The notes beneath the pieces were generated by a model that saw nothing but the letters and a program-made list of their open reading frames with translations, was not told the DNA's origin and searched no databases. DNA of 49,516 nt from Myxococcota bacterium (GTDB taxonomy: Bacteria > Myxococcota_A > UBA796 > CAJQPC01), in contig JAZAMN010000055.1 in assembly GCA_036229005.1 (NCBI GenBank), forward strand, positions 1 through 49,516, written 5' to 3'. Positions within the stretch are counted from its first letter, which is position 1. The number at the start of each line of letters is the position of its first letter. Of the stretch, positions 1 to 10,486 are shown piece after piece. The position numbers and the translations under genes are program-made.

Positions 1-2
1 TG

Positions 3-257
3 CGGGGACCGGCCTATGTGGGGGCGCTCGCGGGGCTGGGGGTGGGCCTGCACGCTGCGCGGTGGCTGGGCTACGCCTTGGGCGGCGCGCCGGAGGGGCT
101 GCTGTGGGGGCTGCTGCTGGCGGGCGGGGTGGCGCTTGGCAATGTGGTCGGCCGGGCGCTGGCCTCGTGGGTGCCGGGGCCGTGGTCTGGGGGATTGGCC
201 CTTGCATCTCTGTGGGTCTGTGGTGGTATGGCTGCGCTCGGGATGTTGACTGGGTGA
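3..257 (+). CDS. C-terminal fragment of a hydrophobic membrane protein (truncated at window start)
   Basis: Frame open from base 3 to TGA at 255-257; Gly/Leu/Ala/Trp-rich with about three TM-like segments. Confidence 0.55.
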   Translation, partial: RGPAYVGALAGLGVGLHAARWLGYALGGAPEGLLWGLLLAGGVALGNVVGRALASWVPGPWSGGLALASLWVCGGMAALGMLTG

Positions 258-318
258 CTGGAGCGCTCGGGCTGCAGGCCGCTAAAGGCCGCATGAAAGC
301 TGCCGATTCCCCTCCACA

Positions 319-2493
319 ATGACCGGAGCCGCTGTGCCCGCTGGGATGAACATCGAGGTGTCGCTGCTGGCCATGGTGGTCGGCGCGAACCTGTTCATTG
401 GGCTCTTCTACGTCGCCGCCTGGATCATGCGGGGGCGGCGCGCGGAGCTGGAGCCCTGGATCGCCGCTTGGGCCCTGGTCAGCGGGGGCGCGGTCGCGGT
501 CCGGGCGGTGCAGCTCAGCACCCAGGAGCCCGCCGTCGCGATCTGGATGCTCAAGGTGCTGTTCGCGCTGATCTGCCTGCTGGTGCCCATCCTGTTCCAG
601 ATGACCTGGATCTACGCCCGGCGGCCAGGCTGGCGCCGCGTCGGCTGGGGGCTCTGGGGGCTCTACGGGATCCAGGCGGTGCTGGCGTTGACCACCGACC
701 TGTACGCGCAGTCGCAGGCCCACCTGCGCACGGGGCTCTTTGGCGAGCCCTTTCTGGGGGTGCCCAATGGCGCGATGGGGCCGCCCTTCTTGATCTCGAT
801 GTGGCTCAGCTACGGCCTGGTCGTGGCGGTGCTCCGGACGGCCCGGGTGGCGGACTGGTCCCGGCGTATGGCCCTGGCCTTGTTCACCATCTACCTGGGC
901 ATGGGCTCGCTGGAGCTCTTTGATGGCCTGGGGTTGTTGGACATGCCGGGCACCTTCCCCTACGCCTTCTTGGTCCAGTCGCTGGGGCTGGCGATGATGG
1001 GGGTGGTGAGCTTTGCCCAGGTGGAGCAGGAGCTGGAGCGGCAGCGGGAGACCCTGGCCGAGCGCGCCCGGGTCTTGGATCAGGCGCTGGTGGAGGCGCG
1101 CTCCGCGACCCGCGCACGCACCCGCTTTGTGGCCAACATGAGCCACGAGCTACGCACCCCCCTCAACGGCGTGCTCGGCATGGCCCAGCTCCTGGAGCGC
1201 ACCCAGCTCGACGCCACCCAGACCGACTACCTGCGGGCCCTGCAGGACAGCGGGCGCGGGCTGCTGGCGCTGATCCGGGACGTGCTCGACTTCTCCAAGA
1301 TCGACGCCGGGGAGCTGGTCCTGGAGCGCCGCGAGTTCCCCCTGCTCCCCCTCTTTGAGGAGGCCTTGGCCGGGGTGGCGCCAGCGGCTCTGTCCAAGGG
1401 CCTGGAGCTGGCCCTGATCCCCGGCCCCGGGGTGCCTCGCACCGTGTTCAGCGACGAGGCCCGCCTGCGCCAGATCCTGGTCAACCTGCTGGGGAACGCC
1501 GTCAAGTTCACCGAGCGGGGCCAGGTCGTCCTGCGGGTGGGGCTGCGCGGCGGCGAGCTCTTCATCGAGGTGCAGGACAGCGGCATCGGCATCGCCCAGG
1601 ACCGCCAGGGGGAGCTCTTCAAGCCCTTTGTCCAGGCGGACGACTCCACCACCCGGCGCTTTGGCGGGACGGGCCTGGGGCTGGCCATCACGGGGGAGCT
1701 GGTGCGCGCCATGGGCGGTCAGATCCAGCTCTGGAGCCGCCCCGGTCAGGGCAGCCGCTTCACCATCACGCTGCCGGTGGAGAGCGGCGGGTTCGGCTAC
1801 CGGGACAAGCCGCGCGTGATCCACACCCGGGGCCTCTCGGCGCTGCAGCGGGAGGAGCTGACCGCCCGGCTGCCTGCCAGTGAGCTGCGCGGTGAGCCCA
1901 GGGAGGGGGAGGAGGTGGAGCTGCTGGTCGTCACCCCCGCGGCCCTCCGCTCGGACGAGGGGGCCGCTCGGGTCCTCTGTCTGATCCCGCGCGGCGACGA
2001 GGTCGGGATGGAGCTCGCGGAGCGCAAGGGCTGCGACGGCGTGCTGAGCCACCCGCTGCACCAGCAGCAGCTCCTGGAGGTCCTGGCCGGCATCGAGGCC
2101 GCCAAGCTCGCCCCGGTGGAGCCCAGCGAGGGCGGTCGGATCCTGCTGGTGGAGGACAACCCCATCAACCAACTGGTGGTGCAGCAGATGCTGAACGCCC
2201 TGGGCTACGAGGTGGTGGTCGCCAACAACGGCCGCGAGGCGCTCGAGCGCCTGGACGGCATCGAGCTTGTGCTCATGGACTGCCAGATGCCGGAGATGGA
2301 CGGCTACGAGGCCACGCGGGCGCTGCGCCTGCGCGGCGTCGGGCTGCCGGTGGTGGGCCTGAGCGCGAACGCGCTGGTGGGGGACGCGGAGAAGGCGATC
2401 CAGGCGGGCATGGACGCCTACCTGACCAAGCCGGTGGCCATGCGCTCCCTGGCGGCGGTCGTGCGGGAGCGGCTGCAGCGCCGGGCTGGCTGA
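319..2493 (+). CDS. Hybrid sensor histidine kinase (about 7 TM N-terminal sensor, HisKA, HATPase, degenerate REC, REC)
   Basis: H-box FVANMSHELRTPLNG, N-box QILVNLLGNAVKFT, G-boxes DSGIG and GGTGLGL, REC motifs LLVEDN, LMDCQMPEMDG, KP. Start could be ATG 346. Confidence 0.95.
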   Translation: MTGAAVPAGMNIEVSLLAMVVGANLFIGLFYVAAWIMRGRRAELEPWIAAWALVSGGAVAVRAVQLSTQEPAVAIWMLKVLFALICLLVPILFQMTWIYARRPGWRRVGWGLWGLYGIQAVLALTTDLYAQSQAHLRTGLFGEPFLGVPNGAMGPPFLISMWLSYGLVVAVLRTARVADWSRRMALALFTIYLGMGSLELFDGLGLLDMPGTFPYAFLVQSLGLAMMGVVSFAQVEQELERQRETLAERARVLDQALVEARSATRARTRFVANMSHELRTPLNGVLGMAQLLERTQLDATQTDYLRALQDSGRGLLALIRDVLDFSKIDAGELVLERREFPLLPLFEEALAGVAPAALSKGLELALIPGPGVPRTVFSDEARLRQILVNLLGNAVKFTERGQVVLRVGLRGGELFIEVQDSGIGIAQDRQGELFKPFVQADDSTTRRFGGTGLGLAITGELVRAMGGQIQLWSRPGQGSRFTITLPVESGGFGYRDKPRVIHTRGLSALQREELTARLPASELRGEPREGEEVELLVVTPAALRSDEGAARVLCLIPRGDEVGMELAERKGCDGVLSHPLHQQQLLEVLAGIEAAKLAPVEPSEGGRILLVEDNPINQLVVQQMLNALGYEVVVANNGREALERLDGIELVLMDCQMPEMDGYEATRALRLRGVGLPVVGLSANALVGDAEKAIQAGMDAYLTKPVAMRSLAAVVRERLQRRAG

Positions 2494-2571
2494 GAGGCCG
2501 CCTTCCTCGCCTGTGACTTGAGGGTTGACATGGGGGCCTCCGCGGGTTCCTCTGCTGCGGAGGAAGTCCGC

Positions 2572-4833
2572 ATGGAAGGGGCCGAGCGCTCGCTGAAATG
2601 GCTGCTGTGGCTGGCCCTGGGCCTGAGCGCGCTGATCACGCTGTGGAGCGCGGCGGGCCTGCTGCCGTCCAACATCGACGACGCCCTGATCACCCTGCGC
2701 TACTCCATCAACCTGGTGGACGGGCAGGGCCTGGTGTTCAACCCCGGCGAGCGCGTCGAGGGCTACTCCAACCCCGTCTGGACCCTGCTGCTGGCCCTGC
2801 CGCTGGCTGTGGGCATGGACGGCCTGCTGGGCGCCAAGCTGCTGGGCATGGCCTTTGAGCTGGCGGGGGTCTGGGGGGCCATCCTGCTGGCCTGGGAGCT
2901 GATCCAGCCCAAGCGTCTGGAGATCGCCCTGGCGGTGGTGCTGGGGGCGGGCTTCGCGGCGCTGTGCCACCCCCTGGCCTACTGGGCGACCGCTGGCCTG
3001 GAGACCCCCCAGTACGCGGCGCTGCTGGTGCTGGCGCTATGGCGGCTGGTCGTGGAGCACCGGGAGCCCCACCGCTTCCCCATCTCGGGCCTGCTGGCCG
3101 GTCTGGCGGCGATCTCCCGCCCCGAGGCGCCCCTGTTGGTGTTGGCCCTGGTGACCTCGCGGGGGTGGGATCTGTTCAAGGCGCGCGCGGATCCGGGTGC
3201 CCGGCGGTTGGCCGCCAAGTGGGCGGGGCTGTTCGCCCTCCCGACCTTCGGCTGGCTGCTCTTCCGACTGGCCTGGTACGGCGCGCTGCTGCCCAACACC
3301 TTTCACCGAAAGACGGCGCGAGAGGCGAGCTTTGCGCGGGTCTGGGAGTACATCGCCCCCTGGGTGGGGCTGGAGCTGCTCTTTGTGCTGGCCGCGGGGA
3401 TCGGCGTGGGCGCGCTGCTCTGGCGGCGCAAGCAGCACGGGCTGGTCCTGCTCGCGATGTTGGCCGCGCAGGGGGTGTTCCTGTACATCGCCGGCAGCGA
3501 CTGGATGCCCTCGATGCGCTTTGTGGTGCCGGTGCTCCCGCTGCTCGCGGCGGCGGCCGGGGTGGGGGCGGCGCAGCTCACGGGGACGCTCTCTGAGCGG
3601 GGGAAGGCGGCCTTTGTGGTGCCCGGGGTCTTTGGGCTCACCCTCTTGGGTCAGGGGGCCCGCAGCCTGCCTGTAGAGCAGATCCGCGCCGGCGAGGTCA
3701 TCCGCAGGGAGACCAACGACCACTTCCCGGGCTCGCTGGACCAGCAGTGGGGCGGCAGCCTGGAGTGGGTGCTGGCCGATCTTGCCGAGGTCATCCCCCC
3801 CGACGCCACTCTGGCCTATACCGAGGTGGGCATGGTGGGCTACGGCGCGAGCTGGCGCATCATCGACCTGGCGGGGCTGATCACGGCGGAGACCGCGGGG
3901 GCCACGGGGCTGAGCACCGAGCAGCAGGTGGCCTGGGTGCGGGAGCAGCGCCCGGAGTGGATGCTGCTCAAGGACAACACGGCGATCCTGGTGCCGGAGC
4001 TGCTGGCGAGCGACTGGATCTGGCAGGAGTACGAGCGGCTTCCGGGACCCCGCGAGGGTCTGACCCTGGCCCGCCGCAAGGACGCGCCCTGGGCCACGCC
4101 GGAGCAGGTGATCCAGAACCTGGAGTTTGCGGCCGAGCGGGCGCCGCGCTTTGCGATCCTGCAGCAGCGGCGGCTGGTCTGGGTGGGCCACTACGGGACG
4201 CCGGCCCAGCGGCAGGCGCTGTGCGGGGACCTGGAGCGCTACCTGGCGCAGAAGCCCGAGGTGCTGGAGCGCTGCCGGGAGAGCCTGGACAAGGACCTCA
4301 AGGAGCCCAAGGCCAAGCTGCGGGTGGACCCGCTGCCGGTCGCGGTGGAGGCCGCGTCGGGGATGGATGACGTACCGGTGTCCTCGCTGGCGGAGCGCAG
4401 CCTGGAGCCGTGGTTCTCGCCGAACGGGACCCCCGAGCGGTATGCCTGGGTGGAGCAGGGCCAGCTCACCCTCTCGGGTCCCCGAACGGACCCCCCCGAG
4501 AAGCCGACGCTGGCCTACGCCTGCCTGGCATCGGTGCCCGTGACCGCGGACCTGCAGCTCCAGGCGGAGTGGATGGGCGATGGGGGCGGAGACGGCGGCG
4601 GGCTGGCGAGCACGGTGGCCTACCTGCGCTACGTGGACGCGGACGGGGAGCTGGTCGAGGTGGACGGGGCGCCTGCGCGGCAGAGGCTGCATCGGGGGGC
4701 GCCGCCGCGGGAGTGGGGGGCGTTGAAGGGCAGCGTGGACGCGCCGCCAGGGGCCGAGGCGGTGGAGCTCTGCGTGACGGTGGAGAGCAGCGGCGGACAG
4801 GTGCGCGTGCGGGACTGGCGCTTCTACAAGTAG
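2572..4833 (+). CDS. GT-C-fold polytopic membrane glycosyltransferase (AftB-like) with extracytoplasmic C-terminal domains
   Basis: [55 protein letters not shown] and IIDLAGL motifs; many TM segments; GGAGGA before ATG 2572. Confidence 0.8.
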   Translation: MEGAERSLKWLLWLALGLSALITLWSAAGLLPSNIDDALITLRYSINLVDGQGLVFNPGERVEGYSNPVWTLLLALPLAVGMDGLLGAKLLGMAFELAGVWGAILLAWELIQPKRLEIALAVVLGAGFAALCHPLAYWATAGLETPQYAALLVLALWRLVVEHREPHRFPISGLLAGLAAISRPEAPLLVLALVTSRGWDLFKARADPGARRLAAKWAGLFALPTFGWLLFRLAWYGALLPNTFHRKTAREASFARVWEYIAPWVGLELLFVLAAGIGVGALLWRRKQHGLVLLAMLAAQGVFLYIAGSDWMPSMRFVVPVLPLLAAAAGVGAAQLTGTLSERGKAAFVVPGVFGLTLLGQGARSLPVEQIRAGEVIRRETNDHFPGSLDQQWGGSLEWVLADLAEVIPPDATLAYTEVGMVGYGASWRIIDLAGLITAETAGATGLSTEQQVAWVREQRPEWMLLKDNTAILVPELLASDWIWQEYERLPGPREGLTLARRKDAPWATPEQVIQNLEFAAERAPRFAILQQRRLVWVGHYGTPAQRQALCGDLERYLAQKPEVLERCRESLDKDLKEPKAKLRVDPLPVAVEAASGMDDVPVSSLAERSLEPWFSPNGTPERYAWVEQGQLTLSGPRTDPPEKPTLAYACLASVPVTADLQLQAEWMGDGGGDGGGLASTVAYLRYVDADGELVEVDGAPARQRLHRGAPPREWGALKGSVDAPPGAEAVELCVTVESSGGQVRVRDWRFYK

Positions 4834-4875
4834 CGCCCATCGGAGGGGGCCCGGCGAAGGGGCTCAGCGGAGGGC

Positions 4876-5865
4876 TCAGCGGAGCTGGACGGCGACCTTG
4901 CCGGTGCTGCGGCCGGAGGCGACGTGGTCCATGGCCTGGTTGATGTCCTCCAGGGGGTAGACGGCGTCGATCACGGGCTTGATGGCGCCCTGCTCGACCA
5001 GAGCGGTGATCTCCGCGAGCTGGTGGCCCAGGGGTTTCTTGATGACCTGGGCGGTGTTGATGCCCTTGAGCAGGCCCCGGGCGTGGAAGGACACGACCCC
5101 GGCGGCGGAGGCGCCCAGGCCCAGGATGGGGCCGTAGCGGGCGGTGTTCTGAGGGAGCCAGGTGACGATGGAGGCCAGGTGGCCGCCGCGCTTGAGCACG
5201 GTGAAGGCGCGGGCCTGCTCGGGGCCTCCCAGGGCGTCCAGGACGATGTCCTGGGGCGGGAGCAGCTCGTCGTAGCGCTGGGTGCGGTAGTCGATGCAGC
5301 GCTGCGCGCCGAGCCCCTGGAGCAGGGCGTGCTTGGCGGGGCTCGCGGTGGTCGACACGAAGGCCCCGTGGTGGGCCGCGAGCTGGATGGCGAAGCTGCC
5401 GACGCCGCCGGCCCCGGCCTGGATGAACACCAGGGGGTTTGGGCGCTCGGTGAGGGCGGGCAGCAGGCACTGCCAGGCGGTGAGGCCCACCAGCGGGAGG
5501 GTGGCGGCCTGGACGTGGTCCAGGTTCCGGGGCTTGAGGGCGAGCTGGCTGTGGTCGACCACGGCGCGCTCGGCCCAGCAGCCGGGGCGGGTGGCGCTGG
5601 GGGAGCCGTAGACGGCGTCGCCGGGCTTGAAGGTGGTGACCTGCTCGCCGACGGAGAGCACCACGCCGGAGAGGTCCATGCCCTGGATCCAGGGCAGCTT
5701 GTAGCGCAGAGCGCCGCGCTGACCGCCGGCGCGGACCTTGACGTCGATGGGGTTGACGGAGCTGGCGTGGACCTGGACCAGCACGTCGCTGGGGCCGAGC
5801 AGGGGCTCGGGGACCTGGTCGAGCGAGAGGGGCTCGCCGTAGGCGTGGAGCTGGGCGGCCTTCAC
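4876..5865 (-). CDS. NADP-dependent oxidoreductase (MDR / quinone oxidoreductase-like)
   Basis: GTG start overlaps the tdh stop (GTGA); SVNPIDVK, GMDLSGVV, AGAGGVGSFAIQLA, GRSTGKV. The ORF-track call 4876..6858 is over-extended. Confidence 0.9.
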   Translation of the reverse strand: MKAAQLHAYGEPLSLDQVPEPLLGPSDVLVQVHASSVNPIDVKVRAGGQRGALRYKLPWIQGMDLSGVVLSVGEQVTTFKPGDAVYGSPSATRPGCWAERAVVDHSQLALKPRNLDHVQAATLPLVGLTAWQCLLPALTERPNPLVFIQAGAGGVGSFAIQLAAHHGAFVSTTASPAKHALLQGLGAQRCIDYRTQRYDELLPPQDIVLDALGGPEQARAFTVLKRGGHLASIVTWLPQNTARYGPILGLGASAAGVVSFHARGLLKGINTAQVIKKPLGHQLAEITALVEQGAIKPVIDAVYPLEDINQAMDHVASGRSTGKVAVQLR

Positions 5866-7037
5866 TCCGCGCCAGCGAAGCGGAGCAGGGCCTTGGGGTG
5901 CGTGGAGATGATGTCCTCGAACGCGGCCTTGTCCCAGTCGCGGATGTCCATCATGGTGCCCTGGCCCTTGTTCAGGATGGTCTCCCAGACGGCCTGCTGG
6001 ATGCCGTTGTGTTCGGTCTCCAACAGATTCTTGGTGATCTCCCAGGTGCCGAAGATCTGGCGGCCCACCACGCCGTGCATGGTCAGGCCGTTCATCACCA
6101 CGCGGTGGAAGTCCTGGATCTGGGCGTCTCCGTTCTTGACGCCGAAGGCGACCACGTGGCCGCCGCGCCGGGCGATGTGGATGGCGTTGTTCAGGCTGGA
6201 GTTGAAGCCGCTCATCTCCATGGCGACGTCCACGCCGATGCCGTCGGTGAGGTCCAGGATCTGCTCCTTGAGGCCGGGGTCGTGGGCCCAGGGGCGCTCG
6301 GGGTCGGGCTTGCCCGGGGTGAGCACGGCGTCGCAGCCGAGCTGGCGGGCGAGCTCGGCGTTGTGGGGGTTCACCTCGACCCCGATGACGCGGCCGGCGC
6401 CCAGACCGCGAGCCACCAGGGCGGCGAAGAGGCCGATGGTGCCCGTGCCCAGGATGGCCACCGTCTGGCCGCGCAGGTCGGCGGCCTGGCAGGCGTGGAC
6501 GGCGTTGCCGAAGGGCTCCTGTACGGCGGCGACCTCGGGCCGGATCTTGGAGAGGTCGGTGGGCCAGAGGGACTTGGCGGGCAGCTTGATGTACTCGGCG
6601 AAGCACCCGTCGGTGCTGATGCCGATGATCTTGTCCTTGGCGCAGACGTGGAGGTCGCCCACGCGGCACTGGTGGCAGGCGCCGCAGACGATGTGGGACT
6701 CCGTGGTGACGATGTCCCCGACCTTGAAGGGGTACTTGGTGGAGACCCGGGGGCCGAGCTCGACGATGCGGCCCAGGAGCTCGTGGCCGACCACGCGCTT
6801 GTCGCGGCCGTCCTCGTCCAGGGAGTCGCTGATCATGTCTCCAAAGGCCTTGCGCCACCAGATCCCGCGATCGCTGCCGCAGAAGCCGGCGTACATGACC
6901 TGGATGATGACCTGGGAGCCGTCCGGGCCGTGATCAGGGTCGATCGTGGGGACCGGGATGCGCTCTCGAACCAGGCCCGTGCTGCCTTCCCAGGTCTCAC
7001 GGCTGCGGTCGAAGGTGAGGGCGAGCATGTCGGACAT
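5862..7037 (-). CDS. tdh: L-threonine 3-dehydrogenase-like zinc alcohol dehydrogenase
   Basis: CGSD, GHE, structural Zn site CGACHQC...C, EPFGNAVH, GTGTIG, DVAMEMSG as in Tdh; GGAGG RBS. Confidence 0.75.
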   Translation of the reverse strand: MSDMLALTFDRSRETWEGSTGLVRERIPVPTIDPDHGPDGSQVIIQVMYAGFCGSDRGIWWRKAFGDMISDSLDEDGRDKRVVGHELLGRIVELGPRVSTKYPFKVGDIVTTESHIVCGACHQCRVGDLHVCAKDKIIGISTDGCFAEYIKLPAKSLWPTDLSKIRPEVAAVQEPFGNAVHACQAADLRGQTVAILGTGTIGLFAALVARGLGAGRVIGVEVNPHNAELARQLGCDAVLTPGKPDPERPWAHDPGLKEQILDLTDGIGVDVAMEMSGFNSSLNNAIHIARRGGHVVAFGVKNGDAQIQDFHRVVMNGLTMHGVVGRQIFGTWEITKNLLETEHNGIQQAVWETILNKGQGTMMDIRDWDKAAFEDIISTHPKALLRFAGAE

Positions 7038-7118
7038 GGAGCCTCCAGGGGCTTGGATCCCTAACGCCGGACTGTAGCGGAGGCTTCAGAAGATGGTCAG
7101 GGAGCCGATTCAAGAGAG

Positions 7119-9323
7119 GTGAAGCCAGCGGGCGATACCAGCATCGAGGCGCTCTTCGAGCGTGCATGGTCGGGCGAGATGGACCTGGGTCCGGCGCTCG
7201 AAGACGCGCTGCGCGTGGCGCGGGTGGCCGAAGATCCCAAGGGGGCCATGCTGGCCTGCCTGGGGCTGGCCGTGATCCAGATGCGCCAGGGCGAGGGCGC
7301 GGCCTGCGACCGCTGGCTGGATCTGGGCATCAGCCTGGGGGGCTACGCGCACGACCCCGAGCGGTGGATCTCGCTGTTGAACTTCCGCGCACAGCGCTTT
7401 CTGTCCCAGGGGCTGCTGGTGGAAGCGCTGGAGCCCCTGGCCGCGGTGCTGCAGCGAGGGGATGGGGTCCGCGCCGGGCAGCAGGCGCAAGCGCTGGGGA
7501 ACCTGTCCAGCGTGCTGGCGCTGCTGGGAGATCAGGACGCCGCGCTGGAGTACAGCCGGAGGGCTCTGGACCTGAGCCGAGGCCTGGGGGAGGACAGCCC
7601 CATCGGTCAGCTCCTGCCTCTGCGCGCGGCGGCGCTGCTGGAGCAGGATCTGCCGGGAGGGGAGGCCTTGGTCGTCGAGACCCGGGCGCTGCTCCCCGCG
7701 CAACAGGGACACCGACTGCGGCGCGTCGGGGCGCTGCTGGAGCGGGCCGAGGCCTGGCTGGCCCTTCGCCAGGGGCGGCCGGTCGACGCGGTGGAGCACG
7801 CCCGTCGAGCGCACGAGGCGCTCGAGCCCTGGGGAGACGGCGAGGAGCTGTCGTCCTGCCTGGAGGCCGAGGCGCGGGGGCTGATGGCCCTGGGCGCAGT
7901 GGACGAGGCGGCCGAGGCGGCTGCGCGCTGCTGGGAGGGCATGGACGGGGTCGCCGGAGAGGCGCTCCCCAGGCGGGTGCTGCGGCTGCGCGCTCAGATC
8001 GCCCGCGCCCGAGGCGACCAGGACACGCTGCTGGAGGTGGTCGAGCAGCTCACCGACCCCGGCTGGACCCAGCGCAAGGGACACCCCACCCAGGCGGTGT
8101 GGTCGCTGGTGCGGCGCCACGTGGCCCAGAGCGCGGCCAGCGACTCCGAGATCGCCGCGGTCAACCACTCCCTGCGCCAGGCGATGGACGCCGCCGAGCT
8201 CGCCCGGGAGAGTGCCCAGCGCCTGGCCGGCCACCGGCTCAGCTTCCTGGCGCAGGTCAGCCACGAGCTGCGCACCCCCCTGCAGGGCGTCCTGGGCACC
8301 GTCGAGCTGCTGGGGGACGAGCCCCTGAGCCCCGCTGGGCTCGAGCTCGTGGAGATCCTGGGGGACTCCTCGCGGCTCACTTTGGGGGTGGTCGACGAGG
8401 TCCTGGACCTCTCCAAGCTCGAGGCCGGCGCCCTGGATCTGGAGCAGCAGCCCTTCGCTCTGCTCCCGGCCCTCAACGAGGTCCTGGATGGCCAGCGCGC
8501 CCGCGCCGCGGACTTTGGTCTGCAGCTCCAGCTCCAGCTCAGCGGGAGCACCGTCCCGGTGGTGACCGGGGACCGAAAGCGCCTCCAGCAGCTCCTGATG
8601 AACCTGGTCGGCAACGCGATCAAGTACGCCAGCAGCATCGTCGTCGTCCGGGTCGACACCCAGCGGGGCGCGCTCCAGTGCAGCGTGGAGGACGACGGGC
8701 CGGGCATCCCCCTGGCGCTGCAGGCCACGCTCTTTGAGCCCTATGTGCAGGCGGCGAGCAGCCGGCGATCGGGCGGGACGGGCCTGGGGCTGGCCATCTC
8801 CCGAGCGCTCACCAAGCGGCTGGGGGGAGACATCTCGCTGCGGTCGGTCCCGGGGGAGGGGGCTTGTTTCCGCTTTGAGCTCCCATTCCCACCGGGAGAG
8901 CTGGCTGTGCGTGAGCAGGGCCCGATGGAGGACCTGTCCGCAGTCGAGGTCATCCTGGCCGAAGACAACGAGACCAACCGCATGGTGCTCACCCGGCAGC
9001 TTGAGCGCATGGGGGCCACGGTCCGCGCCTTCTCCGACGGGAGCCAGGTGCTGGACCAGCGCGGTGACCTCTTCCTGCTGGACATGAACATGGTGCACAT
9101 GCACGGACCTGAGACGGCGCGCGCGCTGCGCAGTCGGGGGGTGAAGGCGGTGATCCTGGCGCTCACCGCATCGGTGATGGAGCACGACCACCAGACCTGC
9201 CTCGCGGCGGGGATGGATGGCGTGCTGACCAAGCCCCTGGCGGGGGAGCGCCTGCTGGCGCTGCTGAGCGGCCTCGGGAGCCCGGGGGCCCGGGCCTCCG
9301 GCGAGCCGGAGGTGCGCCGATGA
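7119..9323 (+). CDS. Cytoplasmic hybrid histidine kinase with N-terminal TPR-like repeats and C-terminal REC
   Basis: VSHELRTPLQG, NLVGNAIKY, DDGPG, GGTGLGL, LAEDN, LLDMNM, KP; helical Ala/Leu repeats (ALGNLSSVLALLGDQDAALEYSRRAL); no TM. Confidence 0.92.
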   Translation: MKPAGDTSIEALFERAWSGEMDLGPALEDALRVARVAEDPKGAMLACLGLAVIQMRQGEGAACDRWLDLGISLGGYAHDPERWISLLNFRAQRFLSQGLLVEALEPLAAVLQRGDGVRAGQQAQALGNLSSVLALLGDQDAALEYSRRALDLSRGLGEDSPIGQLLPLRAAALLEQDLPGGEALVVETRALLPAQQGHRLRRVGALLERAEAWLALRQGRPVDAVEHARRAHEALEPWGDGEELSSCLEAEARGLMALGAVDEAAEAAARCWEGMDGVAGEALPRRVLRLRAQIARARGDQDTLLEVVEQLTDPGWTQRKGHPTQAVWSLVRRHVAQSAASDSEIAAVNHSLRQAMDAAELARESAQRLAGHRLSFLAQVSHELRTPLQGVLGTVELLGDEPLSPAGLELVEILGDSSRLTLGVVDEVLDLSKLEAGALDLEQQPFALLPALNEVLDGQRARAADFGLQLQLQLSGSTVPVVTGDRKRLQQLLMNLVGNAIKYASSIVVVRVDTQRGALQCSVEDDGPGIPLALQATLFEPYVQAASSRRSGGTGLGLAISRALTKRLGGDISLRSVPGEGACFRFELPFPPGELAVREQGPMEDLSAVEVILAEDNETNRMVLTRQLERMGATVRAFSDGSQVLDQRGDLFLLDMNMVHMHGPETARALRSRGVKAVILALTASVMEHDHQTCLAAGMDGVLTKPLAGERLLALLSGLGSPGARASGEPEVRR

Positions 9324-10477
9324 GTCCGCTCCAAGCCTTGAAGCAGGTGGACGCGGCGCTGGCTCAGGGTGACCTCGCTGACACCCTGGTGGTGCTGACC
9401 CGGCTCGCGCGCCAGGCAGCCGTGGACGGTGAGGCCGGGATGCTCCAGCTCGCCTGTGCCATGCGCCTCTCCCGGATCCTGTGGCTGCTCGGAGACACCC
9501 GCGGCGCCCTGGAGCAGAAGGAGGCCGCCTTCCAGCTCTCCCTGCGCCACGGAGAGCCGCTGGAGCGAGGCTTGGCGGCGGGGAAGCTGGCCGAGACCCT
9601 GCTGATCGCCGGCCGCCCCACCCAGGCGCGGCGCCCCATCGCGATGCAGGTGCGCAGCCTGCGCTTCTGTCCGGACAGCGTGGCGCTCACGGCCGCCCGC
9701 AAGCGGATCCGGGGCTGGGAGCTGCTGGCCGAGGACGACGCGGAGCAGGCGCTGGACTACGCGGAGCAGGCCCTGGAGTTGGATCCTGGGGACATCGCAG
9801 ACCGGGCCTCGGCGCTGGAGCTGCAGCAGCGCTGTCTGTTGGAGCTGGGGCGGCTGGAGGAGGCCTTGGCGGTCTCGGCGCAGGCGGTGGGGCTCACCCG
9901 CAATGCGCCGGGCGTCTACCTGCTGCGGCGCGCCTTGCTGACCCGGGGGGAGCTGCTGGCGGAGGTGGGGGACAGCCGGGGGCTGCTCCTGGTGATGGCG
10001 GAGGCGATCTCGCCCGAGCTGGAGGCGCGCCCCGGGGGCCCGCTGGCCACGCTCAAGCTGGTGCTGGAGGCGGCGCCGATCGAGCTGGAGCCCGAGCCCG
10101 AGGACAAGGCGCTGCGTGTGCTGCTGGCCGAAGACAACCCCATCAACCAGCGCATCATCGCGCGGCAACTGCAGACGCTGGGCATGGAGGTGCTGCTGGC
10201 CTCTGACGGTCTGGAGGCGCTGGAGCGGGCGCAGGAGCTGCAGCCGGATCTGGTGCTGATGGATCTGCAGATGCCCGGCATGGACGGCGACCGGGTCGCT
10301 GTGGCGCTGCGCAGTCGGGGCTTCACGCGGCCCATCCTGGCGCTGACGGCGTCGGACTATCAGGCGGATCGCCGGCGCTGTCTGCAGGCGGGGATGGACC
10401 TGGTGCTGACCAAGCCGCTGGAGGTCGCGCAGCTCGAGGACTGGCTGGAGGCACGGGGGCTGCGCGTGGCGGGGTAG
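9320..10477 (+). CDS. TPR-like + REC response regulator without output domain
   Basis: ATGA overlap with the kinase; LLAEDNPINQ, LMDLQMPGMDG, ALTA, KP at the C-terminus. Confidence 0.88.
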   Translation: MSPLQALKQVDAALAQGDLADTLVVLTRLARQAAVDGEAGMLQLACAMRLSRILWLLGDTRGALEQKEAAFQLSLRHGEPLERGLAAGKLAETLLIAGRPTQARRPIAMQVRSLRFCPDSVALTAARKRIRGWELLAEDDAEQALDYAEQALELDPGDIADRASALELQQRCLLELGRLEEALAVSAQAVGLTRNAPGVYLLRRALLTRGELLAEVGDSRGLLLVMAEAISPELEARPGGPLATLKLVLEAAPIELEPEPEDKALRVLLAEDNPINQRIIARQLQTLGMEVLLASDGLEALERAQELQPDLVLMDLQMPGMDGDRVAVALRSRGFTRPILALTASDYQADRRRCLQAGMDLVLTKPLEVAQLEDWLEARGLRVAG

Positions 10478-10486
10478 AAGGGGGGC

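Noticed and set aside
4860..4883. 12-bp tandem duplication gggctcagcgga spanning the oxidoreductase stop
   Set aside because: Real but only two copies, with no coding consequence; likely slippage.
4876..6858. Apparent 660-aa ORF overlapping tdh, suggesting a fusion or frameshift
   Set aside because: The upstream half is off-frame tdh sequence; the real gene starts at the GTGA overlap at 5865. The same applies to over-extended calls at 23010, 24446, 34267, 37298, 42614 and 44643.
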